64,000 bases of DNA from Mobula hypostoma (lineage: Eukaryota): NCBI RefSeq assembly GCF_963921235.1, contig NC_086100.1:203920001-203984000 (forward strand), in the 5' to 3' direction. The notes under the pieces were generated by a model that did not search any database, was not told the DNA's origin, and saw only the letters and a list, made by a program, of their open reading frames with translations. The position numbers and the translations under genes were made by a program. Shown here in pieces: positions 13,592 through 27,295 of this stretch. Position 1 is the first letter of the stretch. Every line of letters begins with the position of its first letter.

Positions 13592-14283
13592 GCCATAGTC
13601 ATAGTGATAGTCATACTTTATTGATCCCGAGGAGAATTGATTTTCGTTACAGTTGCTCCAACCAAGAATAGAGCATAAATATAGCAGTACAAAACCATAA
13701 ATAATTAAACAGTAATATGTAAATTATACCAGGAAATAAGTCCCGGACCGGCCGATTGGCTCAGGGTGTCTGACCCTCCAAGGGAGGAGCTGTAAAGTTT
13801 GATGGCCATAGGCAGGAATGACTTCCTATGACGCTCAGTGTTGCATCTCGGTGGAATGAGTCTCTGGCTGAATGTACTCCTGTTCCCAACCAGTAAATTA
13901 TGTAGTGGATGGGAGACTTTGTCCAAGATAGCATGCAACTTGGATAGCATCCTATTTTCGGACACCACCGTCAGAGAGTCCAGTTCCATCTCCACAACAT
14001 CACTCGCCTTACGAATGAGTTTGTTGATTCTGTTGGTGTCTGCTACCCTCAGCCTGACAAGACAGTCCCCTGTGGATCCCCAGTGCTGCTGATCACTCTG
14101 TCGGACACGCAGTGTTGCAAGCACACGTACTGTGATCTGCCACTCAGGTAATCAAGAATCCATGACACCAGGGAAGCATCCACCTGCATCGCTGTCAGCT
14201 TCTCCCCCAGCAGAGCAGGGCGGATGGTGTTGAACGCACTGGAGAAGTCAAAAAACATGACCCTCACAGTGCTCGCTGGCTTA
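13592..14283 (-). mobile_element. Rex1/Babar-type LINE 3' fragment with internal deletion
   Basis: ORFs give RVMFFDFSSAFNTI..PQGTVLS and RINKLIRKA..SHPLH..KSFLP.AIKLY. (ATGACT)n-like tail. Same family as 38778-40935. Confidence 0.82.
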
Positions 14284-14821
14284 TCACGAGTTTTGTAAGA
14301 AATTTAATGACATCACTGTCCCCCGAACAAAAGTTCTACGGAACAGTGAAAGAATTGTATGGAGTGATCTTTGCCAGGAGGCATTGGAACGTCTGAAAAC
14401 CATCCTGTTTTATCATCCTGTGATCAAAGCACCTGATTTTCCCAAGCCATTTTCTATAGGAACAGACGCTAGTGGCGATGCCATTGGGACAGTACTGTTA
14501 CAGAAGGGAGAGGATGACATTGAGCATCCAGTAGCTTATTTCTCAAAGAAATTTAATGTGCACCAGAAAAATTTTTCAACTGTTGAAAAGGAATTGTTTG
14601 CCATTGTTCTGGCCTTACAACATTTTGAAGTCTATATTTGTCCTGCCCAGAGACCACATGTGGTTTACACGGATCATAATCCGTTGGTGTTTCCAACTAA
14701 GATGAAGGATAAGAATAGAAGGTTGTTAAATTGGGTTCTGATATTGCAAGAATATGACTTAAAAATCAAACATGTGAAATATACTGACAATATTATAGCT
14801 GATTGCTCATCCAGATGATCT

Positions 14822-17800
14822 TTTGGATCAGGACAACCGAGCGTGGGAGCTGAATTCTGAAGGAAGGCAGTTTTTTAAAGAACTTCTTCGAGTGCGAGAA
14901 GGACGAGACTGCGCAGGCGCGTGACGAAACAGGACAGTGCAAGAGTTTAAAAAGGAGGCCACCCAATACAGCGGGCAGCTGTCTGAGTGGGCAGCGAAGT
15001 GAGCGGCAGCAGAGTGTAGGGCTTTGGCTTCAACGGGCTTCGACGGTAAACGGGAAGAGGCGAGATCGAAGCACCAACGCTTTTTTTCTCCCCCTCGCCC
15101 CCCACCCCACCACCCCCGCTTCGCGAATCGGCCCGGACAGTCAGGAACAGCAGGGCTCTCACAGCTAACGGTACGAGCTAACTATTTAAAAAGTTCGTCT
15201 GTTTGGCGAGATAAGTGGGTGAGTAGACTTACTTTTCCTGTTCCATTCCTGTAGGGTTAGATAGCATGCCTACAGGGTTGATGCTTTGTTCAGGGTGTCA
15301 GATGTGGGAATCCTGGGAGACCTCCAACCTTCCGGATGGCCACACCTGCGCCAGGTGCACCGAGATGCAGCTCCTCAGAGACCGTGTTAGGGATCTGGAG
15401 CTGCATCTTGATGACCTACTGCTTATCAGGGAAAGTGAAGAGGTGATAGACAGGAGCTACAGGGTGGTCGTCATCCCGAGGATACAGGGGTCAGAAAACT
15501 GGATCAATGTCAAGAGAGGGAAGGGAAATTCCCGGATAGTGGAGAGCAAACCCGTGGCTGTCCCCCTCAGCAACAAATATCTTGTTCTGGATGCTGTTGA
15601 GGGGGATGACCTGACGGGGGCGACACAGTGACGGGTCTCTGGCACTGAGCTTGGCGCTTATGTGTACGAGGGAAGGAGGGAGAAGAGGAATGCGGTAGTC
15701 ATAGGGGATTTCATAGTCGGGGAACGGACAGGAGATTCTGTGAGCCTGATAGAGATAACCACATGGTGTGTTGCCTCCCAGGTGCCAGGGCACGGGATAT
15801 CTCGGATGGGGTCCAGAATATTCTGAAGGGGGAGGGTGAGCAGCCAGTTGTCTTGGTACTTGTTCGTACCAAAGACATAGATAGGACAAAGGAGGAGGTC
15901 CTGAAGAGAGATTTCTGGGAGTTAGGAACGAAGCTGAGAAGCAAGACCTCCAGGGTAGTAATCTCGGGATTGCTACCTGTGCCACGTGCTAGCAAGGGCA
16001 AGAATAGTAGGATCAGGCTGGTGAATGCGTGGCTGAGAGACTGGTGAAGGGGGGCAGGGCTTAATAATCTTGGATAACTGGGATCTCTTCTGGGGGAAGT
16101 ATGACCTGTTCAAAAAGGACAGGTTACACCTGAACCCGAAGGGGACCAATATCCTGGCGGGAAAGATTAATAGAGCTGTTAGGGAGGGTTGAAACTAATT
16201 TGGCAGGGGGATGGGAACCGGAATGACAGAGCGGAGGAAGGGGAAAAAAGAAATAAATCTAAGATAGTGAGCAGTAAAGATGTCAGGAAAGACAGGCAGG
16301 TGATGTGGTAAATTACTAGCCATTGGTATGAGATGCAGTGCAATAACGTTGCAGTGAAATCAAAGCGAAACGTACCAGATACTGTTCTTAAGGTGTTATA
16401 TTTAAATGCATGCAGCATAAGGAATCAGGCCGATGATCTTGTCGTACAGCTACAGATTGGGAGGTATGATATTATGGCCATCTCTGAGACGTGGCTAAAG
16501 GATGCATGTGTCTGGGAGCTGAACGTCCAAGGATACACGGTGTAACGGAAGGATAGGAAGGTAGGCAGAGGGGGAGGCGTGGCTTAATTGGTAAGAAATG
16601 ATATTAAATCATTAGAAAGAGGTGATACAGGATCGGAAGGTGCAGAATCTTTATGGGTTGAGTCTAAAAATCGCAGGGGTAAAAGGACGTTGATGGCGGT
16701 TATTTATAGGCCTCCAAACAGCTGCAGTGATGTGGACTACAAATTACAGCAGGAAATAGAAAAGGCTTGTCAGAAGGGCAGTGTTATGATAAATGTGGGG
16801 GATTTTAACATGCGAGTTGATTGGGAAAATCAGGTCGGAACTGGATCTCAAGAGAGAGAATTTATAGTATGTCTGCGAGATGGCTTTTTAGAACAGCTTG
16901 TTGTTGAGCCCACTAGGGAAACAGTTGTACCGGATTCGGAATTGTGTAATGAACCAGGGGAGATTAGAGAGATTGAGGTGAAGGAACCCTTAGGAGGCAG
17001 TGATCATAACATGACTGAGTTCACTGTGAAATTTGAAAAAAGAGAAGCCGAAATCTGATATGTCGGTATTTCAGTGCAGTAAAGGATATTACAGTGGCAT
17101 GAGAGAGGAACTGGCCAAAGTTGACTGGAAAGGAACACTGGCGGGAAACACGGCAGAGCAGCAGTGGCTGGAGTTTTTGCGTGAAGTGAGGAAGGTGCAA
17201 GACAGGTATATTCCAAAAAAGAAGAAATTTTCAAATGGAAAAAGGATACAACCGTGGTTGACAAGAGAAGTCAAAGCCAAAGTGAAAGGAAAGGAGAGGG
17301 CATACAAGGAAACAAAAATTAATGGGAAGACAGAGGATTGGGAAGTTTTTAAAAGCTTACAAAAGGAAACCAAGAAGGTCATTAAGAGAGAAAAGATTAA
17401 CTATGAAAGGAAGCTAGCAAATAAGATCAAAGAGGATACTAAAAGCTGTTTCAAGTCTTTAAAGAGTAAAGAAACAGGTAGGAGTAGATATAGGACCGAG
17501 AGAAAATGATGCTGAAGATATTGTAATGGGAAATAAGGAGATGACGGAGGAACTGAACGAGTATTTTGCATCAATCCTCACTGAGGAAGACATCAGCAGC
17601 ATACCTGACACTCAAGGGTGGCAGGGAAGAGAAGTGTGTGCAGTCACAATTAAGACAGAGAAAGTACTCAGGAAGCTGAATAGTCTAAAGGTAGATAAAT
17701 CTCCCGGACAAGATGGAATGCATCCGTGTGTTCTGAAGGAAATAGCTGTGGAGGTTGCAGAGGCATTAGCGATGATCTTTCAAAAGTCGATAGATTTTGG

Positions 17801-19265
17801 CGTAGTTCCGGAAGACTCGAAGATTGCAAATGTCATTCCGCTATTTAAGAAGGGGGCAAGAAAGCAAAAAGAAAATTATAGACCTGTTAGCTTGACTTCG
17901 GTGGTTGGGAAGTTGTTGGAGTCGATTGTCAAGGATGAGGTTACAGAGCATCTGGAGGCATATGACAAAATAGGCAGAACTCAGCATGGATTTCTTCGAG
18001 GAAAATCCTGCCTGACAAACCTATTACAATTTTTTGAGGAAATTACAAGTAGGATAGACAAGGGAGATGCAGTGGATGTTGTATATTTGGATTTTCAGAA
18101 GGCCTTTGACAAGGTGCCACACGTGAGGGTACTTAAGATAAAAGCCCATGGAATTACAAGAAAGTTACATACGTGGATAGAGCGTTGGCTGATTGGCAGG
18201 AAACAGAGAGTGGAAATAAAGGGATCCTATTCTGGTTGGCTGCCGGTTACCGTTGTTGTTCCACAGGGGTCCGTTTTGAGGCCGCTTCTTTTTACATTGC
18301 ATATCAACGATTTGGACTATGCAATAGATGGCTTTGTGGCTAAGTTTGCTGACGATACGAAGATAGGTGGAGGGGATGGTAGAGCTGAGGAAACGGAGAG
18401 TCTGCAGAGAGACTTGGATAGATTGGAAGAATGGGCGAAGAAGTGGCAAATGAAATACAATGTTGGAAAGTGTATGGTTATGCACTGGCAGAAGAAATAA
18501 ACGGGCAGACTATTATTTAAATGGGGAATTAATTCAAAGTTCTGAGATGCAATGGGACTTGGGAGTCCTCGTCCAGGATACCCTTAAGGTTAACCTCCAG
18601 GTTGAGGCGGTGGTGAAGAAGGCGAATGCAATGTTGGCATTCATTTCTAGAGGAATAGAGTATAGGAGCAGGGATGTGATGTTGAGGTTCTATAAGGCGC
18701 TGGTGAGACCTCACTTGGAGTACTGTGTGCAGTTTTGGTCTCCTTATTTAAGAAAGAATGAGCTGATGTTGGAGAGGTTACAGAGAAGATTCACTCGAAT
18801 GATTGCGGGAATGAGAGGGTTAACATATGAGGAACGTTTGTCCGCTCTTGGACTGTATTGCTTGGAGTTTAGAAGAATGAGGTGAGACCTCATAGAAACA
18901 TTTAAAATGTTAAAAGGCATGGACAGAGTGGATGTGGCAAAGTTGTTTCCCATGATGGGGGAGTCTAGTACGAAAGGACATGACTTAAGGATTGAAGGGC
19001 GCCCATTTAGAACAGAAATGCGAACAAACTTTTTTAGTCAGAGGGTGGTGAATCTATGGAATTTGTTGCTGCGGGCAGCAGTGGAGGCCAAGTCACTGGG
19101 CCTATTTAAGGCAGAGATTGATAGGTATCTGAGTAGCCAGGGCATCAAAGGTTATGGTGAGAAAGCGCGGGGAGTGGGACTAAATAGGAGACTGGATCAG
19201 CTCATGATAAAATGGCAGAGCAAACTGGCCGACTGCTGCTCCTTTGTCTTATGTCTTATTTCTTA
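14822..19265 (+). mobile_element. Near full-length decayed CR1 LINE (subfamily B): 5'UTR, ORF1, ORF2
   Basis: ORF1 zinc finger/zipper (15266-15631) and esterase-like part (15763-16047). ORF2 from LYLNACSIRN (about 16400) through RT to about 19200, with several stops and frameshifts. TCTTATG-type tail. Confidence 0.92.
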
Positions 19266-19387
19266 AGTTGGAAATTGTACAGGTTTTGCTCTGTCATCTG
19301 ATGATTATGTGCATTGTTTCAAACTTTGAAATATGCAGTTAAACAAAAAATTGCGCCTTCATCAAAATTATTTTTGAAGGGAAGGGG

Positions 19388-20159
19388 TGTGACAGATCCT
19401 GAATTACCCTGATGAACTCTGCTTTTTAGAAGAGAGAGAGAGAGAGAGGGATGCTCAGCAATAGACACCTTGTTAAATAAAAGTTTTTTCACACCGACAT
19501 CTTGTTTTTAAGAGGCAGTGAGATGAAGACTGCTTTGAGATGGAGTCATGATTTTTCGGCAGCGTGTTTACATTTCTACAAGGACATGGTATGCTTGTAC
19601 ATTCTTACACAGACAGAGAACGGAGGGAGGAGCTATTTGAGAGACAGTTGGTTCTCAGTACGGTGAGATAAATAGGAGGCCAGATTATAGACGTGAACAC
19701 ATGATTTTGGACACTGAATGAGCTTTGTTGTGCCCACAGAAGAAGTGAGTTTTTTGGAGGATGGGCTGATGATTCCACCACAGAAGAGCAGTCCACTTTG
19801 TTGTGGTCACAATCGGTGACCTTTAAAGGATTTCGGAGGACAACGGGAAGATCGACGGCGTCAGCTTACCTGAAAATTCAGATCTCTCTCTCTCTCGCTC
19901 CATCACTCCCCCACTCAATAACACGATCTGAACTGAACTTTACACATTTTCGTAAGACTATATACTTACCCCTCGACTTGAAAAAGCTTGGTTTTCATAT
20001 ATATTTTCACACTTACTTATATATAATCATTTGCTTTATCTGCATTTATATTACTGTATTGCGAAGTTACTCACAAATATCATTATTTAATATCGATACT
20101 GGACTCCAAAGTGTTTTCCATCTCTGCTGATTCTTTAACCCGTCGCGGGGTACGTGACA
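19388..20159 (+). mobile_element. 3' LTR of the Gmr1-like Gypsy element
   Basis: Polypurine tract GAAGGGAAGGGG directly before TGTGACA at 19388. Ends CGTGACA at 20159. Confidence 0.7.
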
Positions 20160-21129
20160 ACAGAAATCAAATCATTTCACCGAGCATTGAGTTGTAATAA
20201 ACTAAAATAATGAAAGTTGCCGGATTAGTGTACCGCTGATAAATGATTTATTGCAACAACATAACGTCGATTGCTAATTGTCCATCGTATTGTAAAAGAA
20301 ATATCGTCAACAGTTTGATAGCAGTGGAACAGGCCTGGTGCTTTCAAACATTTGTACCTTCTGTCCGATGGGACGGGATAGAAGAGAGAATTTCTGGCGG
20401 GGGGATTGGGGCAGGAGATGAGTGGCCCATTTAATTCTGCTGGCTGCTTTACGGAGGCACCGGTAAAGAGACCGAATCCACTGAGGGAAGATCTTTTCGA
20501 TGACGTGCTTATCCGTGTCCACAACCTTCTGCCGTCTCTTGCAGCATCACAGAGCTATCACTTCAAGCCGCGATTCTCCCAGAAGGAAAGCTGAATGCTT
20601 TCTATGGCCCATCAATATTTTTTTTAGCACCCGACGTGATAAAGAGGGAATTTCTTTATTCTGCTGAAATTGCCGGGTGGGTTTTCTATGCTGTGGTGTA
20701 CACATGGTTTGACCAGGAATGGCTATTGCCGATGTTATTGGTCTGAACCTATAACCTTCCACCCCAAGTTGGAGACAGAAGCATGGCCTCACCCACTCTG
20801 AATCGATGTTTTACTGTTCAGTTTTGTTGACGTTGAGGCAACGGTAGTTTTGATGACACCATGTCAAACAGTAGCAAAAATGCGAAGCATGTGTTCTACA
20901 TATAACAACCGGAGATAGAAAATACGTGCTAAAAGGTCAATGTTAAAAAAGTCATGAGGGATTTCAGCATACCGGCGGATTGAGAAGATCCGGTTGGTGC
21001 ATAATCGCAAGTATTTATAGATATTTTTTATAGAGAAACTCGTGGTTGATCCCACTACGGCTCAATCTGGAGTGTGTATTGCGCTGTGAACCGGGATTGT
21101 TTGGAGGGCTCAAGTGAAAATAACCCTTC

Positions 21130-24100
21130 GGGGAAAGTGATTCACCCGGAAATTTGAGAAGGAGGGGCTAAGGTCAAATGTAAACGTACTGCAGTGCCGT
21201 ACAGAGAATTACCGGGGCACGAGGGAGGAGTCAGCCAAATTGAATGGAAAGGAACACTGGCAGGGAAGCAATTCTGAAGACACAGAATATATACATCTGA
21301 AAAGGGAAAAACTACATGACTTCTAAGATGAGATGGCAGAAAATAGAGCAAATATCGTTGGGACCTCAGGTGATTGGAAGCTTTTAAAATCCCCAACAGA
21401 AGGCAACTAAAAGGATGGAATACGAAAGTAAGCTAGCCAATAGCATTGAAGAGGTCGACAGAAAAAAAATCTTTTTCGGAGACATTGAGTAAACGAGAGG
21501 TGAGAACAGATATCAGACCACTGTAAAACGCTGTTGGAGAGGTACTAATGGGAGACAATGAAATGGTGGACGAACTGAATAAGTTTTTTTGCAGCAGGCT
21601 TCTCTGTGAAATGTTCTAGCAGGACGCTGGACGTTGCGGGTTTTCAGGGATAAAACGTGTGTGAAGTTGTCATTTCGAGATAGAAAGATTGCGAAACTGA
21701 GAGGTATGGAGGTAGATAAATCTCCAGGACCAGATGGTGTACGCGACAGGGATCTGAACGTGGTGCCTGAAGAGACTGAAGGATTAATAATGATCTTTCA
21801 GGGATTATTAGTTTCCAAAATAGTTCAGAAAGACTGGGAAATTGCAAATGCCAATCCACCTGGTACGAAAGGAGAGTGGCTGCAGAAAGGAAACTATAGT
21901 CCAGCTGGTCTGACCTCAGTGGTTAGGTAAATCTTCGAATCGATTGTGGCTTCGTGGTGCTTGGAGGCACATGGTAAAATAAGCCATGAACAGCTTGGTT
22001 TCTTCAAGGGAATATCTTGCCTGTCCAATCTGTTCGAATTCTTTAAAGAAATAACAGGCATCATAGACAAATGAGAATCGGTGGATGCTACGCCTGGACA
22101 TTACCAGGAGACCTTTGACAAGTTCACACATAAGGCTGCTAAACAAGTTAGGAGCCCTTGGTATTACATGGAAGGTACCAGCATGGATAGAGCAATGTAA
22201 CAAGGTGGACGAATTAAAAGTGCAGATTGTTATTAATGAATATGATATAGTTGGGATCACAGAGACATGGCTCCAGGGTGACCAAGGATGGGAGCTCAAC
22301 ATTCAGGGATATTCAATATTCATGAGGGATAGACATGAAAGAAAAGGAGGTGGGGTGGCATTGCTGGTTAGAGAGGAGATTAACGCAATAGAAAGGATGG
22401 ACGTAAGTCCGGAGGATGTGGAATCGATATGGGTAGAGCTGCATAACACTAAGGGGCAGAAAACGCTGGTGGGAGTTGTGTACAGGCCACCTAACAGTAG
22501 CAGTGAGGTTGGAGATGGTATTAAACAGGAAATTAGAAATGTGTGCAATAAAGGAACAGCAGTTATAATGGGTGACTTCAATCTACATGTAGATTGGGTG
22601 AACCAAATTGATAAGGGTGCTGAGGAACAGGATTTCTTGGAATGTATGCGGGATGGTTTTTTGAACCAACATGTCGAGGAACCAACTACAGAGCAGGCTA
22701 TTCTAGACTGGGTATTGAGCAATGACGAAGGGTTAATTAGCAATCTTGTCGTGGGAGGCCCCGTGGGTAAGAGTGACCATAATATGGTGGAATTCTTCAT
22801 TAAGATGGAAAGTGACATAGTTAATTCAGAAACAAAGGTTCTGAACTTAAAGAAGGGTAACTATGAAGGTATGAGACGTGAATTAGCTAAGATAGACTGG
22901 CAAATGACACTTAAAGGGTTGACGGTGGATATGTAATGGCAAGCATTTAAAGATCGCATGTATGAACTTCAACAATTGTTCACCCCAATTTGGCAAAAGA
23001 ATTAATCAAGGAAGGTAGAGCACCCGTGGCTGACAAGGGAAATTAGGGATAGTATCAATTCCAAAGAAGAAGCATACAAATTAGCCAGAAAAAGTGGCTC
23101 ACCTGAGGACTGGGAGAAATTCAGAGTTCAGCAGAGGAGGACAAAGGGCTTAATTAGGAAGGGGAAAAAAGATTATGAGAGAAAACTGGCAGGGAACATA
23201 AAAACTGACTGTAAAAGCTTTTATAGATATGTGAAAAGAAAAAGATTGGTTAAGACAAATGTAGGTCCCCTACAGACAGAAACAGGTGAATTGATTATGT
23301 GGAGCAAGGATATGGCAGACCAATTGAATAATTACTTTGGTTCTGCCTTCGCTAAGGGAGACATAAATATTCTTCCGGAAATAGTAGGGGACAGATGGTC
23401 CAGTGAGATGGAGAAACTGAGGGAAATACATGTTAGTAGGGAAGTGGTGTTAGGTAAATTGAAGGGATTAAAGGCAGATAAATCCCCAGGGCCAGATGGT
23501 CTGCATCCCAGAGTGCTTAAGGAAGTAGCCCAAGAAATAGTGGATGCATTAGTGATAATTTTTCAAAACTCTTTAGATTTTGGACTAGTTCCTGAGGATT
23601 GGAGGGTGGCTAATGTAACCCCACTTTTTAAAAAAGGAGAGAGAGAGAAACCAGGGAATTATAGACCGGTTAGCCTAACATCGGTGGTAGGGAAACTGCT
23701 GGAGTCAGTTATCAAAGATGTGATAACAGCACATTTAGAAAGCGGTGAAATGATCGGACAAAGTCAGCATGGATTTGTGAAAGGAAAATCATATCTGACG
23801 AATCTCATAGAATTTTTTGAGGATGTAACTAGTAGAGTGGACAGGGGAGAACCAGTGGATGTGGTATATTTGGATTTTCAAAAGGCTTTTGACAAGGTCC
23901 CACACGGGAGATTAGTGTGCAAACTTAAAGCACACGGTATTGGGGGTAAGGTATTGATGTGGGTAGGGAATTGGTTAGCAGACAGGAAGCAAAGAGTGTG
24001 AATAAACGGGACCTTTTCAGAATGGCAGGCAGTGACTACTGGGGTACCGCAAGGCTCAGTGCTGGGACCCCAGTTGTTTATTATATATATTAATGACTTA

Positions 24101-26360
24101 GATGAGGGAATTAAATGCAGCATCTCCAAGTTTGCGGATGACACGAAGCTGAGCGGCAGTGTTAGCTGTGGGGAGGATGCTAAGAGGATGCAGGGTGACT
24201 TGGATAGGTTGGGTGAGTGGGCAAATTCATGGCAGATGTAATTTAATGTGGATAAATGTGAAGTTATCCACTTTGGTGGCAAAAACAGGAAAACAGATTA
24301 TTATCTGAATGGTGGCCGATTAGGAAAAGGGGAGGTGCAACGAGACCTGGGTGTCATTATACCCCAGTCATTGAAAGTGGGCATGCAGGTACAGCAGGCG
24401 GTGAAAAAGGCGAATGGTATGCTGGCATTTATAGCGAGAGGATTCGAGTACAGGAGCAGGGAGGTACTACTGCAGTTGTACAAGGCCTTGGTGAGACCAC
24501 ACCTGGAGTATTTTGTGCAGTTTTGGTCCCCTAATCTGAGGAAAGACATTCTTGCGATAGAGGGAGTACAAAGAAGGTTCAGCAGATGGATTCTTGGGAT
24601 GGCAGGACTTTCATATGACGAAAGACTGGATGAACTAGGCTTATACTCGTTGAAATTTAGCAGATTGAGGGGGGATCTGATTGAAACGTATAAATTCCTA
24701 AAGGGATTGGACAGGCTAGATGCAGGAAGATTTTTCCCGATGTTGGGGAAGTCCAGAACGAGGGGTCACAGTTTGAGGATAAAGGGGAAACCTTTTAGGA
24801 CCGAGATTAGGAAAAACTTCTTCACACAGAGAGTGGTGAATCTGTGGAATTCTCTGCCACAGGAAACAGTTGAGGCCAGTTCATTGGCTATATTTAAGAG
24901 GGAGTTAGATATGGCCGTTGTGGATAAAGGGATCAGGGTGTATGGAGGGAAGGCTGGTACAGGGTTCTGAGTTGGATGATCAGACATGATCAGACTGAAT
25001 GGCGGTGCAGGCTCGAAGGGCCGAATGGCCTACTCCTGCACCTATTTTCTATGTTTCTATGTTTCATTGACAGGAGGCAAGGAGCGGAAGGTCAAAGGAC
25101 ACGAAGGTCGGGAGGTGAAGGGGAAATATTCTGGAGTCAGCGCTAAGTGGCAACTCCTTTGCTTTCATCTTCGGAAACAGCTTTATTTCTATCGTTCTCT
25201 TTCTTCATTTCAGTGCGTGCGGGTTTCTTTTGAGTACCATTACCTGTAGTTTACACTCTAACTTTGGTTCTTTGTGGGAATGAGACAAGCGAGCGCGCCT
25301 TCAGGCCTTCGGAATTTCTTAGTTCTGGAGGTGTGATGATCCTAGGGCGGTGCTCCTTACTGAGGCGTCGCGGAAGAACAGGAAACATTGGGAGCAGCTG
25401 GTTAGTTCCTGAGAATGATGTGCCCGGAGAGCTGTGCCTTGTTGTAAAATGTCCTGATGATATCCGGATAGGTAGATATGCAGATATATTTCACCAAGTA
25501 CAGAGGCTACAGACGGACTGAGACTGATTTGGAGAATGAGCAAAGAGGTGCCAAATGGTGTACAGAGTTGGGAAAGTTTTGATTATGCACTTTTGTTAAA
25601 GCGATGAAAGAGTGGAACATTTTTTGAATGGAGAAAAAATTAGAAAAAAACTGCGGCACAATGGGATTTGGTAGTCCTTCTGCAGAATTATCGAAAGCTT
25701 AATTTTCAGATTGAGTTTGTTTGAGGAAGGCAAATGCGATGCTACTATTCATTTCAAGGGGACTAGAATATAAAAGCAATGATAGAAGGTGGAAGCGTTA
25801 TAAACCACTGGTGAGGCCGCACTTGGAATATCGTGAACAGTGGGTCCCTTATATTAGAAAGAATATCCTGACACTGGAAAGTGTTGAAATATCGGTCAGG
25901 AAAATTATTCTAAGTTTGAACGGCTTATCATATGAAAAGCATTTGATGGTTTGGGGTCGGCATTCACAAGAATTCAGAAGAATGAAGGGTGGCATAATTG
26001 ACACCTATTTAATGGTGGATGGTCTTGATAGAGTTGATGTGGATAGCATGTTTCCGATGTGCGGAGTGCATAGGGACAGATGACAGAACACCCGAATAGA
26101 GAAGCATCTGTTAGAACGGAGTTGGAGCAGTGTGGTTAGTCCGCAGAAATAGTTCCCGCAGCAGCTATGCAGGCAAAATCTTTCGGAATATTTAAGGAAG
26201 AAGGGGATATATACTTGCTTGGTCAACGTATGTAGGGATTCTATAAAAAAGGCAGGATATTGTGGGTGAGAGAAATAATGGACCGCCCATGTTGAAAAGG
26301 AGGAGTAGCCTCCATTACCAGATGGCTTAAATCAGCTCCTATACCTTTTATTCCTATGAT
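21130..26360 (+). mobile_element. Old, heavily decayed CR1 split by a younger CR1
   Basis: Degenerate ORF2 pieces: VDKSPGPDG (21634-21930), WIEQ before 22196 resuming after 25066, VRPHLEY (25721-26083). Confidence 0.75.
22196..25065 (+). mobile_element. CR1 LINE, subfamily A, 5'-truncated
   Basis: Highly similar to 2576-5434. APE and RT with a few in-frame stops (e.g. 22934-22936). (TTTCTATG)n tail. Confidence 0.95.
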
Positions 26361-26644
26361 CTCTGGCTCGTTCCAGTATTCAGACATCGTTACTGATATG
26401 TTATGAATTTAGCGATTTGCAAACTTATATTTAATTTCAGGATGAAGCAGTGCATATAACAGATGGTGTTACAAATACAAGATAGAACCAAAAAATAGTT
26501 CTGTCTTATCTGGGATTCCTTCAATATAGACACATTGCACTTTATTTTTGGCCGGACGTAAAGGAATTATTATTTTGCTGGGGATGCGTGCGTTCTTAGC
26601 CACCGTTCTACAAGGAAGGTTACAGCCTCTCCTCGTGTCGGCTT

Positions 26645-27295
26645 AGAACATAGAACATAGAATAGTACAGCACAGTACAGGCCCTTCGGCCCACAATGTT
26701 GTGCCGACCCTCAAACCCTGCCTCCCATATAAGCCCCCACCTTAGTTTCCTCCATATACCTGTCTAGTAGTCTCTTAAACTTCACTAGTGTATCTGCCTC
26801 CACCACTGACTCAGGCAGTGCATTCCACGCACCAACCACTCTCTGAGTAAAAAAAACCTTCCTCTTTTATCCCCCTTGAACTTCCCTCCCCTTACCTTAA
26901 AGCCATGTCCTCTTGTATTGAGCAGTGGTGCCCTGGGGAAGAGTCGCTGGCTATCCACTCTATCTATTCCTCTTATTATCTTGTACACCTCTATCATGTC
27001 TCCTCTTATCCTCCTTCTCTCCAAAGAGTAAAGCCCTAGCTCCCTTAATCTCTGATCATAATGCATACTCTCTAAAACAGGCAGCATCCTGGTAAATCTC
27101 CTCTGTACCCTTTCCAATGCTTCCACATCCTTCCTGTAGTCAGGTGACCAGAATTGGACGAATTGGACACAGTACTCCAAGTGTGGCCTACCAGAGTTTT
27201 ACAGAGCTGCATCATTACATCGCGACTCTTAAACACTCTCCCTCGACTTATGAAAGCTAACACTCCATTAGCTTTCTTAACTACCCTATCTACTC
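26645..27295 (-). mobile_element. CR1 3' fragment, subfamily C
   Basis: ORFs 26785-27263 (MLAFISRG..FWSPDYRKDVEALERVQRRFTR). Reverse tail AGAACAT repeats at 26645. Same family as 45514-48185. Confidence 0.88.

Larger units (their letters stand above)
7865..20159 (+). mobile_element. Decayed Gypsy LTR retrotransposon, Gmr1-like order gag-INT-RT-RH, with nested insertions; 5' LTR missing
   Basis: gag-like 7905-8430. Integrase 9262-10400 (GGHSG..FYWP..HTCQ, PFSRVIVDCVG). RT about 12730-13360 (PIKQH.YR, LPFGM..APGTLQRMI..NIDD). RNase H 14384-14818 (TDASG..HPVAYFSKKF..TDHNPL..ADC). PPT and LTR at 19377-20159. Confidence 0.88.
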
